From the NCBI GenBank assembly GCA_973895155.1, contig OZ316892.1, positions 19,259,457 to 19,323,456 on the forward strand: a DNA stretch of 64,000 bases, written 5' to 3'. Numbering within the stretch: position 1 is the stretch's first letter; each line of letters starts with the position of its first letter. The notes under the pieces were generated by a model. That model had not been told where the DNA came from, made no database searches, and saw only the letters and a program-made list of their open reading frames with translations. The DNA comes from Marsupella aquatica. Lineage: Eukaryota; Plantae; Marchantiophyta. Position numbers and translations under genes: made by a program. Of this stretch, positions 38,110 to 51,800 are shown one piece after another.

Positions 38110-40992
38110 TCAATACCCCACTGATTCCCATCCTTTCTTCTCAAGAGCCTGTCGTAGGGTCTACAAAGGGCAACAAGCAAATGCAATTGGGTATCCCTGT
38201 CTGACCCACCAGTGGACTGCCTCCTTCAAATACTTTGAATGGAAGTTGAATACATACTGCTTAGTCCATTTCAAAATGGCAGAATAATAGGAGAAGTAAA
38301 GAATGCACACCTACCCATCAACGACTTTGCTGTGACACATTCTAGTCTTTATCCCAATTTAGCGTACTTGCATTCCAACACTAGATGGTTTGAAGATAAC
38401 ACATCAATACGCACAAGATACGATCAAGTAGCGACAGCAATACCCAAACTTTGAAAGTAACAATCTCACTCGCACGACCATACCCTCAACTTATTATAGC
38501 AGCAGGCATCATCGCGAAGGGTCACAAGCCTAGACAGAAGCAGACGCATATCTACACAGACTTCAGGCATGGCAGGAGCTCAGCTGTGTATCGTGTGGTA
38601 GAAGAGGATCGAATTTCAAATTACCCTTATTCTCTTTCGGTTGGCATCAAAATCCGTCTGTCCAAACCTGGAAGCTGACCGATACTCAACTATTGAACGA
38701 TTTCCTGGAGGGAACCAGAACTCCACATCATCCACGAGCTGCAAAGGCAAAACTTTTGGTCATGGATACGGCATAGTTTTCGTCTTAAGGGAACTGTTTT
38801 CGTGTATGTGATGTTCCTTGATCAACTGTAATCAGGTCCTCATATTCCTCCATGCATCTCATGAAAAGCCAGCGAGTCGCTTCGGAACTCTGTTCCCAAC
38901 ATTACCTTCAACAGCGGGAGCGGGCTCTCGTACTCAACATACACGTAGTCGTCAGTAGCCTCCACGATACGCGGGGTGTAATTGTCAGGTTTGGTCTTTT
39001 GCACCTGCAGTGAGATAATGGTCTCAACATTAAGGTCTAAATCAACGAATTAAACCCTGAGAAATGTAAGCTTTCATCAGTCTGAACCATCTTTAAATAC
39101 ATGAAACGGGGGTTTTACATCTGGTTAGGGCCTCCGTTGTCTACATCAAGGCCGATGCAAAACATAGACACAGTAAACCTGTGTACTGACAAAAACGTAC
39201 CACGTCAATTAGCTCAGCCATTGCCTTCTCCTTGGATGCAGGATTCTTCCTTCCTCGCCCATCAGAAGGGTTGTACGACCTGTAGAGACATAGACCTTTA
39301 CTCTCAATAGTTTGGTTGATAATGATCATCACTCTTAGCATTATCAGAAGTTGCAATCACAGATTCAAGCGGCAACTCTGTTTTCTGAGATCATCTTGAT
39401 GTTAACAACTTTTTGGCGGTCACCTGTGTTTGTTTAATCCCTTTCTGACAAGACATTCCAGGTGGGTTGAAATTGAAGAAAATGCGTTCATACCAGGGAG
39501 GCACATAATGGGCTGGATCGTTCAGCTCCTCTGACGTCGAGATGCAAGTCGGCGTTGGTGGGCATAAAGCCAGAGACGGTGGATTTTTCTGTACTCCCAG
39601 ATAGTCCGGCCTCGTGCCACTGCACCAGCCCCATAAAAGGCCACATCAGCAGAATAGATACATTGCAACAACGGAGAGTGAGGAGTGTATTTGAAAGAGG
39701 TCATTCTCCCCCATGGCGGGCTTAATCTGCTGAGAGCATTGGGGTAATCAGCAAGTTGAATTGTTATCGTTTCCTACGCGTGCTCACAGTACTGTAGGAA
39801 AGATTGAGAAAGATTGCATGTATTGCCTCCAAAAATACTAATGTCTAATTATATTAAATCGAAATTTGTTGCAAAGCTGAGATTGTGCCATCGTCCCAGA
39901 AAAGATTACAAGAGCACGGTTATCTGTAGATGCGCTCACATAGTCACCATGCCCTAAATTCTGTTTGTCGATTTTCGTGGCCCGTTACAACAGGATGAAG
40001 CAGAGTCAGACTATAATAGAGCACTGATAGAATCAACTCAATCATATCCTACATTACCAAATATATACCTCAAATTGAGAAGGGCAGCGAGTAGTGCAGC
40101 ACTGCTTGACTTGAGCACCAGCTCGCTGAACAAGACAAAAACAGGCCCACAATATTATGATCGTTGGTTTGATGAAAACTCACCAAGGAACAGAAAATGA
40201 CTTGAACTCGAAGACCCTATACAAAATTCTCTCCGATATACAAGTACGTTTTCTCCCTGCAGAATTAATGCCTGCGATGAAGCAGTATAGAAGATCGAAA
40301 GACCGTGTTTCGATGGTGCATATGGTTTCTTCGCTTTTTTCATCCGTTTGCATTGAGTGAACTTTTTCAAGTCAGGACAATCTTCAGACTTCTTGCATTG
40401 AGTTTCAGATGATACCGGCGGCTGCTTTTGATCGGCATTGTCCTTTCTTTGGAATCGGATATTTCCGACGAGTTTCCTTGAGATCCAATTGAATTGTTCC
40501 CATCAGAATTGGAGCAGCAGACAATGGCTCTGCCAGCAAATCGACTCAAGTGATACGTCGATCGCCGATCGGTAGACGACGACGGAATTTCTCTGCCCAA
40601 CACAGTGAGAAAAAGAGTCAGGTATCTTTTCAGATAAACTGACCTACAGGACTGCCTAGGAAACTGTGAGAAACCCTCAAACTTCCCGCAAAAGGTTTTT
40701 CACAATTCAAAGAGAAATCTACAGAAATCCATTTAAAAGAAGAGATAACAGAGATGAAAAAACCAGGGTGACGAAAATAGCGGCATGATCCTTATCAAGA
40801 AGAATTCCTGAAATGAGTCTTTACTTTAGAAATCCACTTACACCTCTGCAAACAACCTGAATCATATAAGCCCATCAGGAGCACTAACGAGCCACACTCA
40901 TGCCTTTCAGAACGCAGTGGCCGTAACAACCTCGGGTGAACGCATGATGAAGTTAAACAGGACGATGCAGACAAGGTCGTTGAGATCGACAT
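38110..40992 (-). CDS. DUF1499-family plastid (thylakoid-associated) protein
   Basis: Exons 40992-~40845 (donor uncertain), 40592-40416, 40125-40069, 39619-39494, 39279-39201, 39004-38906, 38738-38625, 38160-38110. Ser-rich transit peptide; GTRPDYLGVQKNPPSLALCPPTPTCIST, DDYVYVEYESP, LVDDVEFWF, VEYRSASR, DFDANRKRIRTLRQALEKKGW. Confidence 0.9.
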
Positions 40993-43900
40993 GCTGTTCC
41001 GATAGAGAATTCTCCTGTTTGCTAACGTCACTGTTTCATGCCAGACGACAGAGGCAGATGGTAGAATTCAGTCAGTAATGTCCAGCCCAAGCTGCAGTAG
41101 TCTAGACGTTGTGTTCGATCCTAATCCAGAGCTGCGACACAAAATTAAACTGTCCAGGAACTCTCAGTGAGGCAGATTTAATCAGGTCCAGTCAATTCTC
41201 AACAGGGCGATGATGTTATGGATTCCTCGGAATGTTTGCCCAGTCATTCGCTACTTTCAATTGCACCCAGGCATATTTCTCTCTCTAGTTCCCGAATGCG
41301 AATCACACATAATATGAAGCGAGCTTTCCGTCCAATGTAGGTTTCTTGTAGGACCAGCTACTCTCAAAATGCACATCTCTAGCCCAGAGAAGTCAATTCA
41401 TCATTTCTCCATCCATGTAGCAATTGCCCTGGATGTGAACAGAAAGAAACCCAGTGTGCAATTCAACCGAGTAGGTATCATCTTAGAGGCCCCCAAAAAA
41501 ACATTTCGCTCTATGAGCCCAATTGCAGAGCTTCAGCTTCGACATTCTTTCGCCATTCGGTGGGTTCAGAAGAAGCTCGCCATGCAAACACACCTAGACA
41601 CCCACATTCTCGAGGTTCATGGAAAGGCGAGATTCAAGAACCGATTGTAGCTGTGGCTTTCTTCTTTAACGACAGGGATCAATCACCTAGTTTGCTGCAG
41701 CTGCTCTCGGTGCCGTTCTGCACAACTCGGTCGAAATCCTTGGCTTCACGCTAAGAATGAAGCTCCATACGGTTGTTTTTGTCGGGCAGAGCTCTACTCG
41801 GATCAGCTTCTTCCCATGCTCATCCAGAGAAACAGTTTTAGTCCAACCGAGACGGACGATTAGAGAACTCTCTGTCAAGGCAACGCAAGGCACGGCAAGG
41901 TATTCGGAGCTGGGCACCACATACCACCAAGACCCTTATCTGGACTTCGCTTTTGAAGTTAGAATTGAATGGGATGTCATTTCGAATTACTCTGTTTCGT
42001 TCCTTGACCAAGAGCTGAAATTCGATGCTGTCCTGGGTTTGCTTTTGGCCTCTGAAAAAGCAGTTCAATTTCAGACTCTCGTTAGGGGCACCATTCCTGA
42101 CATGAGCTTGAAAGGAAGCCCAGCAAGTGAGCATGAAAGGGGAGCCGCTCGGGTTTTATCTCTTGCCCAGCGTCAGGTACTCAGTTATAATGCAGGATGG
42201 ATATGGATACCAGTCTGTGACAAGAGGCTCCGAGCCATGGCCACCTCTACTCTTGGACATAGATGTTTTGTAACCTGTTGTAAGAAGATATAAGAAGGGC
42301 ATATCCGAAAGGCCAGAAACCCATTTAAGTGGGGAAATTAACAATAGAAAAACCCACAAAGAAAAATAGCCCAAGAGTCCCACATAAAGGCAAAAGAACT
42401 AATTAAAGCTATACCTAGCAACAAACTGAAAAGCCTGGTAAAGCTCCAGAATAAAATTCATAGGAGAGTCACTAAGAGTAATTTGCCTGGCTTGCTCATC
42501 TCCCATTACTTGCCAAATTAAGGGCATAAGAAATGCATAATTATGAAGTGGATAGATAGAAAGGATCTCTACAAGGAATACTTTGCCTGGCTATCATCTT
42601 TGGAGCATGCAACACTGTCGCATAGCCCCCAGGGATATACTATAGTCTGGACCAAGGCCGAGGGAGAGAGGGTTAGATCAGGTACGGTCAACAAGTTCAT
42701 CCCAAGTTATTTTGCAGTTACTCTCCCCACTACACAACTCACCCCACCCACACATACTCTCTATGGCCCATGTGTAAAGGGTGGATTGAGCCTGGGAAGA
42801 CTCCAGAATGGGCATGTTTTATTGCAAAAAATAAGTTTGTTTAATAATGTCCATGTCAAAATTTTCCAGTTTTAATCCCCTGAGCGGGGTTTTGATACTG
42901 GCCCTTCGTCTCATTATTGAAGTTCCATGGGCTCTCACCATTTTGTTCCTTTTGATACCAGCTCTTCAAAGTCACACAGATGTTGAGTGAAGGTATCAAA
43001 AGATTATATCTTCTTGTGACCAAAGAATGTTGGTCACAGATCTGCTACAACTCCTTAGGCAAAAACTATTGCAATCCTAAACCAGACAAACTAGAATACC
43101 AGATGATGATGTTTTCTTGCATGGAAGGAGTACTAGCTTCTATGAAGAATCATTCCTAGGGGGAGTCACAAGCTAGGGCACTCAACAGGGGGGAAGCCCC
43201 AAGAATGGCCTTGAGGGTCTTTCCCAAAGACGAGGGAACCAGGCCCAGAACTGCCAGCAGCTGATAGCGGCACGAGGAGGGACCTTTGAGGCAGGTGTGC
43301 TACAAAATGATTTTGGCCTTTGGATAAAGATCCTCAAGGCTTTGAACATTGCCAGACATGCCCTTTAATTACCAGATTCTTGGGGGCAAAAATCCTGCCC
43401 TCTCTGCTTTACCATACTGCTTGTTGACACTGCAGAGTAAATATGCAATTCTATTTTCAGGAAGTTTTCTAAACACCTCAACTACCCAAAGACAATTCCA
43501 ACCACATGCGCAATTGCATTGTTAGTAGTTCATACTCATTGTATTGTAGCATCATTTCTACACATCTTATCAAGTGAAACCAATGCATTGTATGTGGATG
43601 AATTTGTTTTTCATTCTTGTGTATGAAAACTCTGCCTTCTTCACCTTACAGTACTCTAGTTCATACTCTAGTAATTACAGTACTGTAAGGATGATTTGGT
43701 TTAGTTGGACAAGCCTTGAGCATAAATTTCATATAGTTTTTTTTCAAATCATAGTGTAACTTGCTCATTGCCTCTACAATGCATAGAGATGTCAAGGGCA
43801 AAGAAGTGTTACTCCCTTTTTGGTTGTGTTGCTTGTGCAGTCATGTTGTAGTTGTGGAAGTGTCATTGTTTTCGTTGGGTGGTTGCTGATAAGGAAATGT

Positions 43901-46517
43901 CATCATTTGGTTGATCTGTTGTCTTGAGAGCGATTTTTGAGGAGGGCGAGGGCATGGGACGGTGGGGCAGGGCAGAGCAGAGTGTGAGATGGGCAATGGT
44001 GGTAGGGCATCTTGGGGTCCAGACTCAGTGTGGTGCTAGATGGAGGGAGTAGTTTTTACTTCCTCCCTCCCTCCCCCGCCCAACCCCTGCCCGCCCCCCT
44101 CCTCTCCTCTCCCTCCCCTTGCTCTCCTCTTGCTCTCCTCCCTCACCATCGGCTCCTTGTGCGAGGAAGGGAGCACCCACATTGTGGAGTTGGTCAGCCA
44201 GGGAGGAAATGCATCACGGCATGGATGGCAAACCCAGGTGCAAGTGCACACACATGGAGGAGGAGAGGGGGGGGGGGGTGTTTGGTGGATCATATAGTTA
44301 TTTTAGCAAACTGCCAAGGTTCCATCCCATGGATTCACTTTTTGTAAACATATGACAAAGGAGTTTTGGTGGGATTGCATTGGCTGCAGGCATAAACAAC
44401 TTATCTAGATTTCATTTTGCTACTGTAACAACAATGTACAATCTTATCTATCAGTGTTTTTCATGTTTAGAATAATCCTAAATATGCCTTGCATATTTTT
44501 CTCAAGTTTCACAAACATCACCTAAAAACCTTATCATCACTACCCAAGTATACCACAGGATGGACTGACACATGGCAAGGCACTATTGGCTCCTCCTTAC
44601 CCTGGCCGAGTTTGCCCTCACCAAGCTCGCTCTTTCCCATTTTTTGAATGAGCCCTGCACCAAACAGGGTTGGCCCATCCCCCTCTCGAGTTTGAAATCC
44701 CAATGACCTAGCTCGAATCAGGCAGTAGGCTCAAATGTGGATTTGTTTACACATAGGAAATATGTATGCTATCGGGGCCTCTTTTCTTCAGAAAAATGGG
44801 AGTAGGGTGGATCATAGGGACCCAAGAATCATCAGGCCCCTATGGAGTGTGGGACCCCATTTTTGAAGGGAAATTGCAGCACCCAGCCAGCAAGGTCATC
44901 AGGGTTGGATCCAGGTTGGGATTGGAACTTGCGAGGGGGAGGGGGCAGCCCTGGTTGGTGCAAGGCTTGTTCAAAAATGGGAAAGTGCTAGCCAAGTGAG
45001 GGTAAGCACGGCCAGGGTAAGGCGGAGCCAATAGTGCCTCACCAAGTGTTAGTCCACCAATGAGAAATCTCCCTGGGTTGACTAAAACAATTCCTGGAAC
45101 CCATATATACAATATTGGGGGCAACCTAGCAATTAAAATAATATTGGGGGTAGGTTAGTAATTTAGCTCATTTTGGGGTACAGGATACTAAAAAGGTGAA
45201 AGAAAAAAACCTGAAAACTTCACTGCCCACCACGAATTGATACGGTCAACTGAATTCTACAGTTTTCCAACGCCCACCAATCAATAACCCTTTCTTCCCA
45301 CCTTCTTCCCAGAATTTGAAACTGGCGAGTAAGAATCTCCTCTCCTCTCCTCTTCTCTCCTCTCCTCTTGGCTCGTCTCAGGTGGGCTGAGATTCGAGAG
45401 CAGCAGACGGATGGAGGAGGACGAGTAGAGTAAGATTTTGAAAATCATCTCCCTCCATGTCCGCCGTCTGCCTAAGTCTCTGAGGTCGGCGAGCTGGGAC
45501 CGGACCTTCTTTCCTGAAGGTGGTGGGTTTTCCTTCGCTGTCCCGATTCGTGCTTCCCAAGCTCTCTCGGTGGACCCTGTTGATGTTTTTTTTTGTAGTT
45601 GCTGTCTGTGATTCTGTTCTGTTCTATTCTATTCTATTCTCCTCTCCTCTGGTCGTGTGTCTGTTTGGCATAATCAATTCTCTTAAATTGAGGTTTCTGA
45701 TGTCATTTGAAGTGCTCGTCCGCCAATTCGTTAATTGTTTGGTCTGTTCTGAGATCTATTCTGTACTTGGTCTATTCAGAGATCAATTCTGTCCGGAATT
45801 TGTCAATTGTCCTCAAAGGGACTGGTGTCCCATGGCTCGACAAACAGCAATTGTATGCTTGGGCCCAACTTAAGTTTGAACGGCCCTCTGTTCGCAATCT
45901 TCTCATGTCTCAATCGACTTGTGTTGACACTCGCTGATCCTAAGAGTAGAGAATTGACCGGAGTGCGGAGGTAGTGCCGAGGATGAAATTAGACGTTTGC
46001 TTTTGAACAGGAAAGCTTGTAGAAACTCTTCTGTGTTTCATGAGTCTTAATCCGTTAGCTAATTTTCTGGATTAGTCTTGACTCCGGGGACAGCCTCTCA
46101 TACCTTTTGTCCAGTCCATTTCGTCATCGGTCTCTATGTCTCTCACTGTCAACGTTTTATGTTCCTTGAGATCCTATGGAGTTTTTGGCGACAACAATCT
46201 CGATTGCTTATATAGTTTCGTGCTTGCAGTTGCCTGTCCAGGTCAATCCGAGTTGAAAGGGCGAGCCGCATCCGCAGCCAATTGACTCTCATCGCGGCTG
46301 GCGTTCTCCCGTCTTCGTAAGTTTCTCGATCCAATGGTTCAATCCGTCTTTTTCTGTAGAAATTTCGTTGTTTAGATCTGTACCGATCGTGAGCAATTGG
46401 CTTGATGCTTAACGATGGACTGTTCAACTGTATCTCTGTTCTGACTCGTGGTCCTACTTTTGGAGCAGGGTAAAACGCACCGTGTAGTCATTGTGGGATC
46501 TGAGGAAACGAGTAGGG

Positions 46518-47874
46518 ATGGAGACGCTGCCAAGTGTACTCTTTGAACACATTTCCTCTTTTCTTAACTTTCGCCAAGTCGCTTCGGCTGCCAAAGGTTC
46601 GCACTCTGTGCTTCTCCAGGCGATGTTGGTCTTAGGAATCGGAAGTAATTGAAACGGAAAACCCTCCCTTTTTGAGATTTTTGTTTGAAGACATAGTAGT
46701 ATACCTTCAGAGATATGGAGGGAATATGTTAAGAAGAATAAAAAGTAGGATGGTACTTCACAATTGGCTGTGCTAATTGTGAAACTTTGAGATTGAACTG
46801 GCCCAATACTTTTTCCTCTAGTTTACATAGTTTTCACCAAGAACACCGCTCGATGCACAATTTGCCGCGATGGCAGCCAGACGAACAGGCATTTTTCCTC
46901 TTTGAGCTGTGCTGCCTGGTGGGGAATTGGCGATGTTATAAAACTTGTAGATCTGGGTGCTGTGACCTTCATGGATTGAGTACATCAAGATTGTCATTGA
47001 AGAATCTTATGAATCTCTGGGGTGGGTTAAAGTTTGCAGGACTTGGAATAATTTGACCAGCCAGGCAGAAATATGGGAGAGTCTCTTTGTACGGAGGTGG
47101 GGGAAAGACAAAGCAGCGATTGCCCTCATAAACCTGTCACCTGTAGGCTCGTGGAAGTCAGCTTACGAAGTTCACCATCGTCGTGAACGTATCGGCAAGT
47201 ATGTGCTTGCCCCAGTCTTCTGCATGCATAAATGACATGCTTTGTTGTTGAAGTTGGGTCTCTAATATTTTATTGGGGGATCTTACCTGAACGTAAGAGA
47301 TGGACAGGCAAGAGAGAATACTTGGCCGCGTCGACCAGTCGGACTTTGGATACTAATAGCCACTATTCGTCTTGGTTGGAATTAGATGCCCGTCAGGGTT
47401 TCTTAGCGTCAGGCCATGTTCTCGTTGGTCTGCAGAGCTTGCGAGAGTAGATCCACTCTTTATCTTCTGTTGGAGCAAAAATCATCAGATCAGCGTTTAA
47501 TGGCTGGAAAAGCTGAGATCATTATACAAGTGCTGCCAAGATTGTTCATTCACTGTGTGTGACGTCACAGGGAATGGGGTATCATTCGGGAAGGAGACTG
47601 GGTCTACACCGCCAAGAATGGAGTCCTGCTTCGATGCTTAGTTTGCCCAAGGGCTAATACCAACACTGGGACGTCTGGGAGCTCTTCCTCCGATCCGCAT
47701 ACAATGGTGCAACCCAAGAGAAAGAGACTGGGCGAAGGCTGCGGGGAGATCGGCACCACTCAGATGGAAGGGAGAACGTCTAATTCTGGTCTTCTGGACA
47801 AGCTGCTTTACTTTGCTGCTGACTTACACTCCCCAAAACATCGTGGTGGAAAGTATCTGCGTATCTGTAAATAG
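46518..47874 (+). CDS. Small plant F-box protein, ~182 aa
   Basis: Exons 46518-46596, 47033-47198, 47571-47874 (549 nt, in frame). F-box METLPSVLFEHISSFLNFRQVASAAKVCRTWNNL...IWESLFVRRW; basic NLS-like PKRKR; C-terminal GLLDKLLYFAADL. CT-rich 5'UTR from ~45336 with a probable UTR intron ending ~46468. Confidence 0.8.
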
Positions 47875-48365
47875 ACGACAATTTGAACTTGTGCGGGTCT
47901 ACTTTGGTGTGCAGTTCCGTGACTTACACTCCCCAAAATATCGTGGTGGAATGTACATGCGTATCTGTAAATAGACGACAATTTGAACTTGTGCGAGTCT
48001 ACTTTGGTATGCAGTTCCGAAAGTGAAGAGTATGTAGATAATTTTGAAACCGTAGGAAGCCAACTGCTTACTTGCACTCAACCAGAATTTCTGGTGAAAA
48101 GGATATGCGTATCTGTATATAGTAGCTCAATTTGAACTTGTGCAAGTCTGTTTTTGCTGTGTAGTTGGGAAATTATGATTGCCTAAATTATTCTACAAGC
48201 GTAGTACAAGCGTAGGATGCCAACTGCTGACTTGTACTCACCAAAGATCCTGGTGGAAATGACCTGAGTGAATAATTGAGCAATGTCAACTTGTACAAGT
48301 CTACTTTGACACGCAGCAGGGAAAGTAGGCTCAAGTATGTCAATCTACAAGTGTAGGAGGCCAGC
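47821..48365. repeat. Tandem repeat, ~100-bp core; 2 close plus 2 diverged copies, overlapping the F-box stop codon
   Basis: gacttacactccccaaaa.atcgtggtggaa...tgcgtatctgtaaatagacgacaatttgaacttgtgcg.gtctactttgg at 47821 and 47921; diverged copies near 48068 and 48229. Confidence 0.88.
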
Positions 48366-48871
48366 GTTGTGCTGATATAGGTATCTCGCAAATTAAGAAT
48401 AGAGACCTTGTACTATTATGTGCTTTTCTTCGTTGACGAAGAATAGAGACTAATACAAACTTTGATGTTTAATCGTGTGTCATAAAGATCTTTTGGGTAT
48501 TTCCTGTTATAAATACATTACACATTTCAAGATACTTTTCAATTTCTTTGTGATTGTATCACTTCTTTCAAACAATCACAAGAAGTAAAACACAAATGCT
48601 GCACAATTTTGAGATATCAAGAATTTTGCCTTGTTGAGCATCCCCTCTCCTTCCTTTCAGTCAACATTGACTAGATTTCTCAAAGCACAGGAAACTCTGG
48701 TCATGTAATCAAGGTGTCCTTTACTTTCTGAAAAATTAAAAATGAAACGGATTGACTTCAGAGGTATCTTGCTTCACCAACGAGGCTAGTCTGAGATTTT
48801 AGATTTTAGAAAACCATCACCGGTTGGAAGAGCTCCTTCTCTTGTTCCACGATAGGTGTCCTCTGCTTGAA

Positions 48872-51800
48872 TTACTCCCTGCACCCACCATCATTTTCAG
48901 GCTCCTCAACAATACTCTACATCCTACCCCTGGGGCTGCTTTGCCTAATGGCCTGCTGGTCCCCCCATCCGTGGAGTTCACGAGGAATAAACTGAATTTA
49001 AAAGAAAAACTCTACATCCGTCACTCAGTGGTGGGGCCTCCAAGATTCCAAGGGTGTCTACATTTCTACGGAACCTTCTCTGGGGTAAAAGTGGACCATC
49101 CATTTCGGCAAAAAAAAGATACAACTCCTGTCACGAGAGAAGATATTTGAGGCATCATACTCCAGCAAAAAGCTTTCGAAGAAGGTGCATGTAAATTGCC
49201 CACCTCAATGATGATCTTAGCTGCGCGCTTATTTATAACTTCATTGTATTCACTGCAGTCAAGAGTCTGCAAAAGTGGGTTAGATTCCAATTTCAAGCTG
49301 GCAACAACGTTATCTACGGAATGACAGCACTTACAGACTCTTCTCAGGAAACCAGCAAGAGACATTCGTATGAGAGTTCGGGCTTTCATATGTAAGCACA
49401 GAGGTACCTTGTGGCCTGCCCAGAACTGAAATCCTAGCAGGCCCACGAATACTCATATGGATAGCTTTGGTCTTGTGCAGAATTTAGGATTCTCAGTTCT
49501 GTTTTATCTATCATTCTTATCTGTACCAAGTGCAAATCCTGATGCGTATCGTACATTTCGCACATACTTGCATCTTGCGCATGGTCAATCCAATTATTCT
49601 CTTCGAAAATTTCATGCAACTCTCAGCCCAGAAAGAGATAGTTTATAAGTAGAAAATTCCAATAAGTTTCAAAAATCGGATGTCTAATACCTGAACACAG
49701 CAAGGGCATCCATCATCTGTGCTACAATCACAAGAAGAGAGAAGTTCTGCAGCAGCCTGTAAAAGTTCGGCAAACATGGGCCTTGCCTGCCAGTTCGGAG
49801 ATTTCAAGTTTAGCAAGTGCAAAGAAATATCTAGCAGAAAAAACTCTAAAACTCAAATGACGAAACGTTTGCCTCGACCTAAATTTAATAGTTCAGTACC
49901 TGAGCTGCAATGCCAATACCACCAGGATGTCTGTCAAAGACTAGCAGGCGTTCCGGAAAGTAGCGAGTATCCATTGGGTTTGCACATTCAGTTCCTAGAT
50001 CCGATGGATTACACATAATGTATCTGCCACGTTCGATCAATAGTAGCCTCTCAGTCACAATCATTGCGGTCATAGATGGCCTAAAATGACCACTTCACAA
50101 CATCTACTGAATAGGCGATTAAGCACAGAACTTCAAATTCACAGAACAGTGGCGTATAAGTAAGGACACAGTTGAGTATCATACAAGGGCATGACATTGA
50201 GTAGAGCGTGATTAGCAGCATGTAGTCCAGCCCTAAAGGAAAGCTCTTTCTCGGCTAGAACAGTTCGGATCTGTGCTGGCACTCGGATCCAAGCTGCCTG
50301 CACAACAACATCCACGAATTGTTAAATGTGATGCCTTTTCAGAGGACTATTCCTCTGTATTGAAGAAATTAAAAGAACTTATAGGCTGGGGTGAACTTCG
50401 AAAGAGGGGAGTAAAGGACGCATTTTTTTATTACAACTCTGTCGATGTCATTGTCAGACATAATTCATAAAATTCCGAAGGGTAGTGAAGCAATTGGTTG
50501 GATTGTGTGTGGAAGGTCTGAGATGTACCTGAGAATTGTATGACATGTCAGGGAGGAACAAATCCACAGAATCAAACTGTTCATTGGTGCCCTGCCAGAT
50601 TCGTCGATATCCAAACCAATGTGTGGTCACTTCGCAAGTGCTGGCGGCGGCTGTTGTGGATCGATATCTGTTCTCAGAGATGTTTCTTGGATATGCCTAT
50701 AGACCCATCATGAAGGACCAATAGGATGGTCAACAGTCAGGACCTATTTACATTCCTTTGCGCGAGTGACTAAAAGTTTATTGGAAGATCTTCCTGACAT
50801 CTATGTCTTGGCAGAAAGGTAGAGACAGTTCAATAGAAATAAGTCTCGGGAGCATAATCCTACTTGAGTGGAATTTGGAGATCTAGTTCCAGTCTCATAT
50901 ATTTATTCCTAGGGGCAGGAAGTTGGCAAATCAAGTCGTTGTTCAATTCCCGCAGGCATAGTTATTTATCGAAAGCACCTCTGATAACTTCCATTCAAAG
51001 GGTGTCTAAAATCTAGTGTAGTCCCCAGTAAACAAAATTGTTAGGCGATACTTACTAATTCTCCACCAGTGACATGCACATCTGTAAAGTCCCGCGTCTT
51101 TGTATAATATTTCAGATCAGCTTCTTGACATAACGCCACTTTAGCAGCGAGGTCTAACGTTTTCACTAAATATTTCTTGCCCTGATTCATGTAGACAGCA
51201 CCTTCATAGACCTACAAGCAAGCAAAAAAGTACCTGTCGTCAATAGAAACACAACCACGTCGGACAAACGGAGATCTACAACGTTACTTAACTAACTGAA
51301 GCAGTACGGAATGGAGCTGAAATAGAAAGAATAAACTGGCATTTCTGCTTCAAACCAACCTGGAAAAAGGCCTTGCTTTCTTCCACCTCTTCAATAATAT
51401 CATTTGTTTGTAAATCTATTATCTTGTACTTCTCGGTGTCAATGGCTCTGATGCTGACACCTTGAGAAGGGAACTTCTGAGAGTCACGAACACAAGGGCA
51501 ATTTAAATAGCATGTTACTGAACCACTCTCAATTTGTGATATAACTCAAAAGCAAGCCTTGGGAACACGACAGTCAAGAAACTGAAAAACAATACTTCAA
51601 CAGCACATACTTCTTGTCCAATATAATTCCAAGACTGATCTTGAGGACCATTGCTTGGATGCCGTCCAAGACGTCCCTGCCTCACAAGTTCTTTAATTAC
51701 AGTTTGGAGACCTGATCCAAAATATTCATCATCATGTCCAATATGTAGAGGATATTCTCCTGCTGCACACTGTAAATGCTGTTCCAAGACCTGAATTCAG

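Noticed and set aside
42540-43400. Possible hAT/BED-finger transposase remnant (…ASMKNH…)
   Set aside because: Too degenerate and interrupted to support a call.
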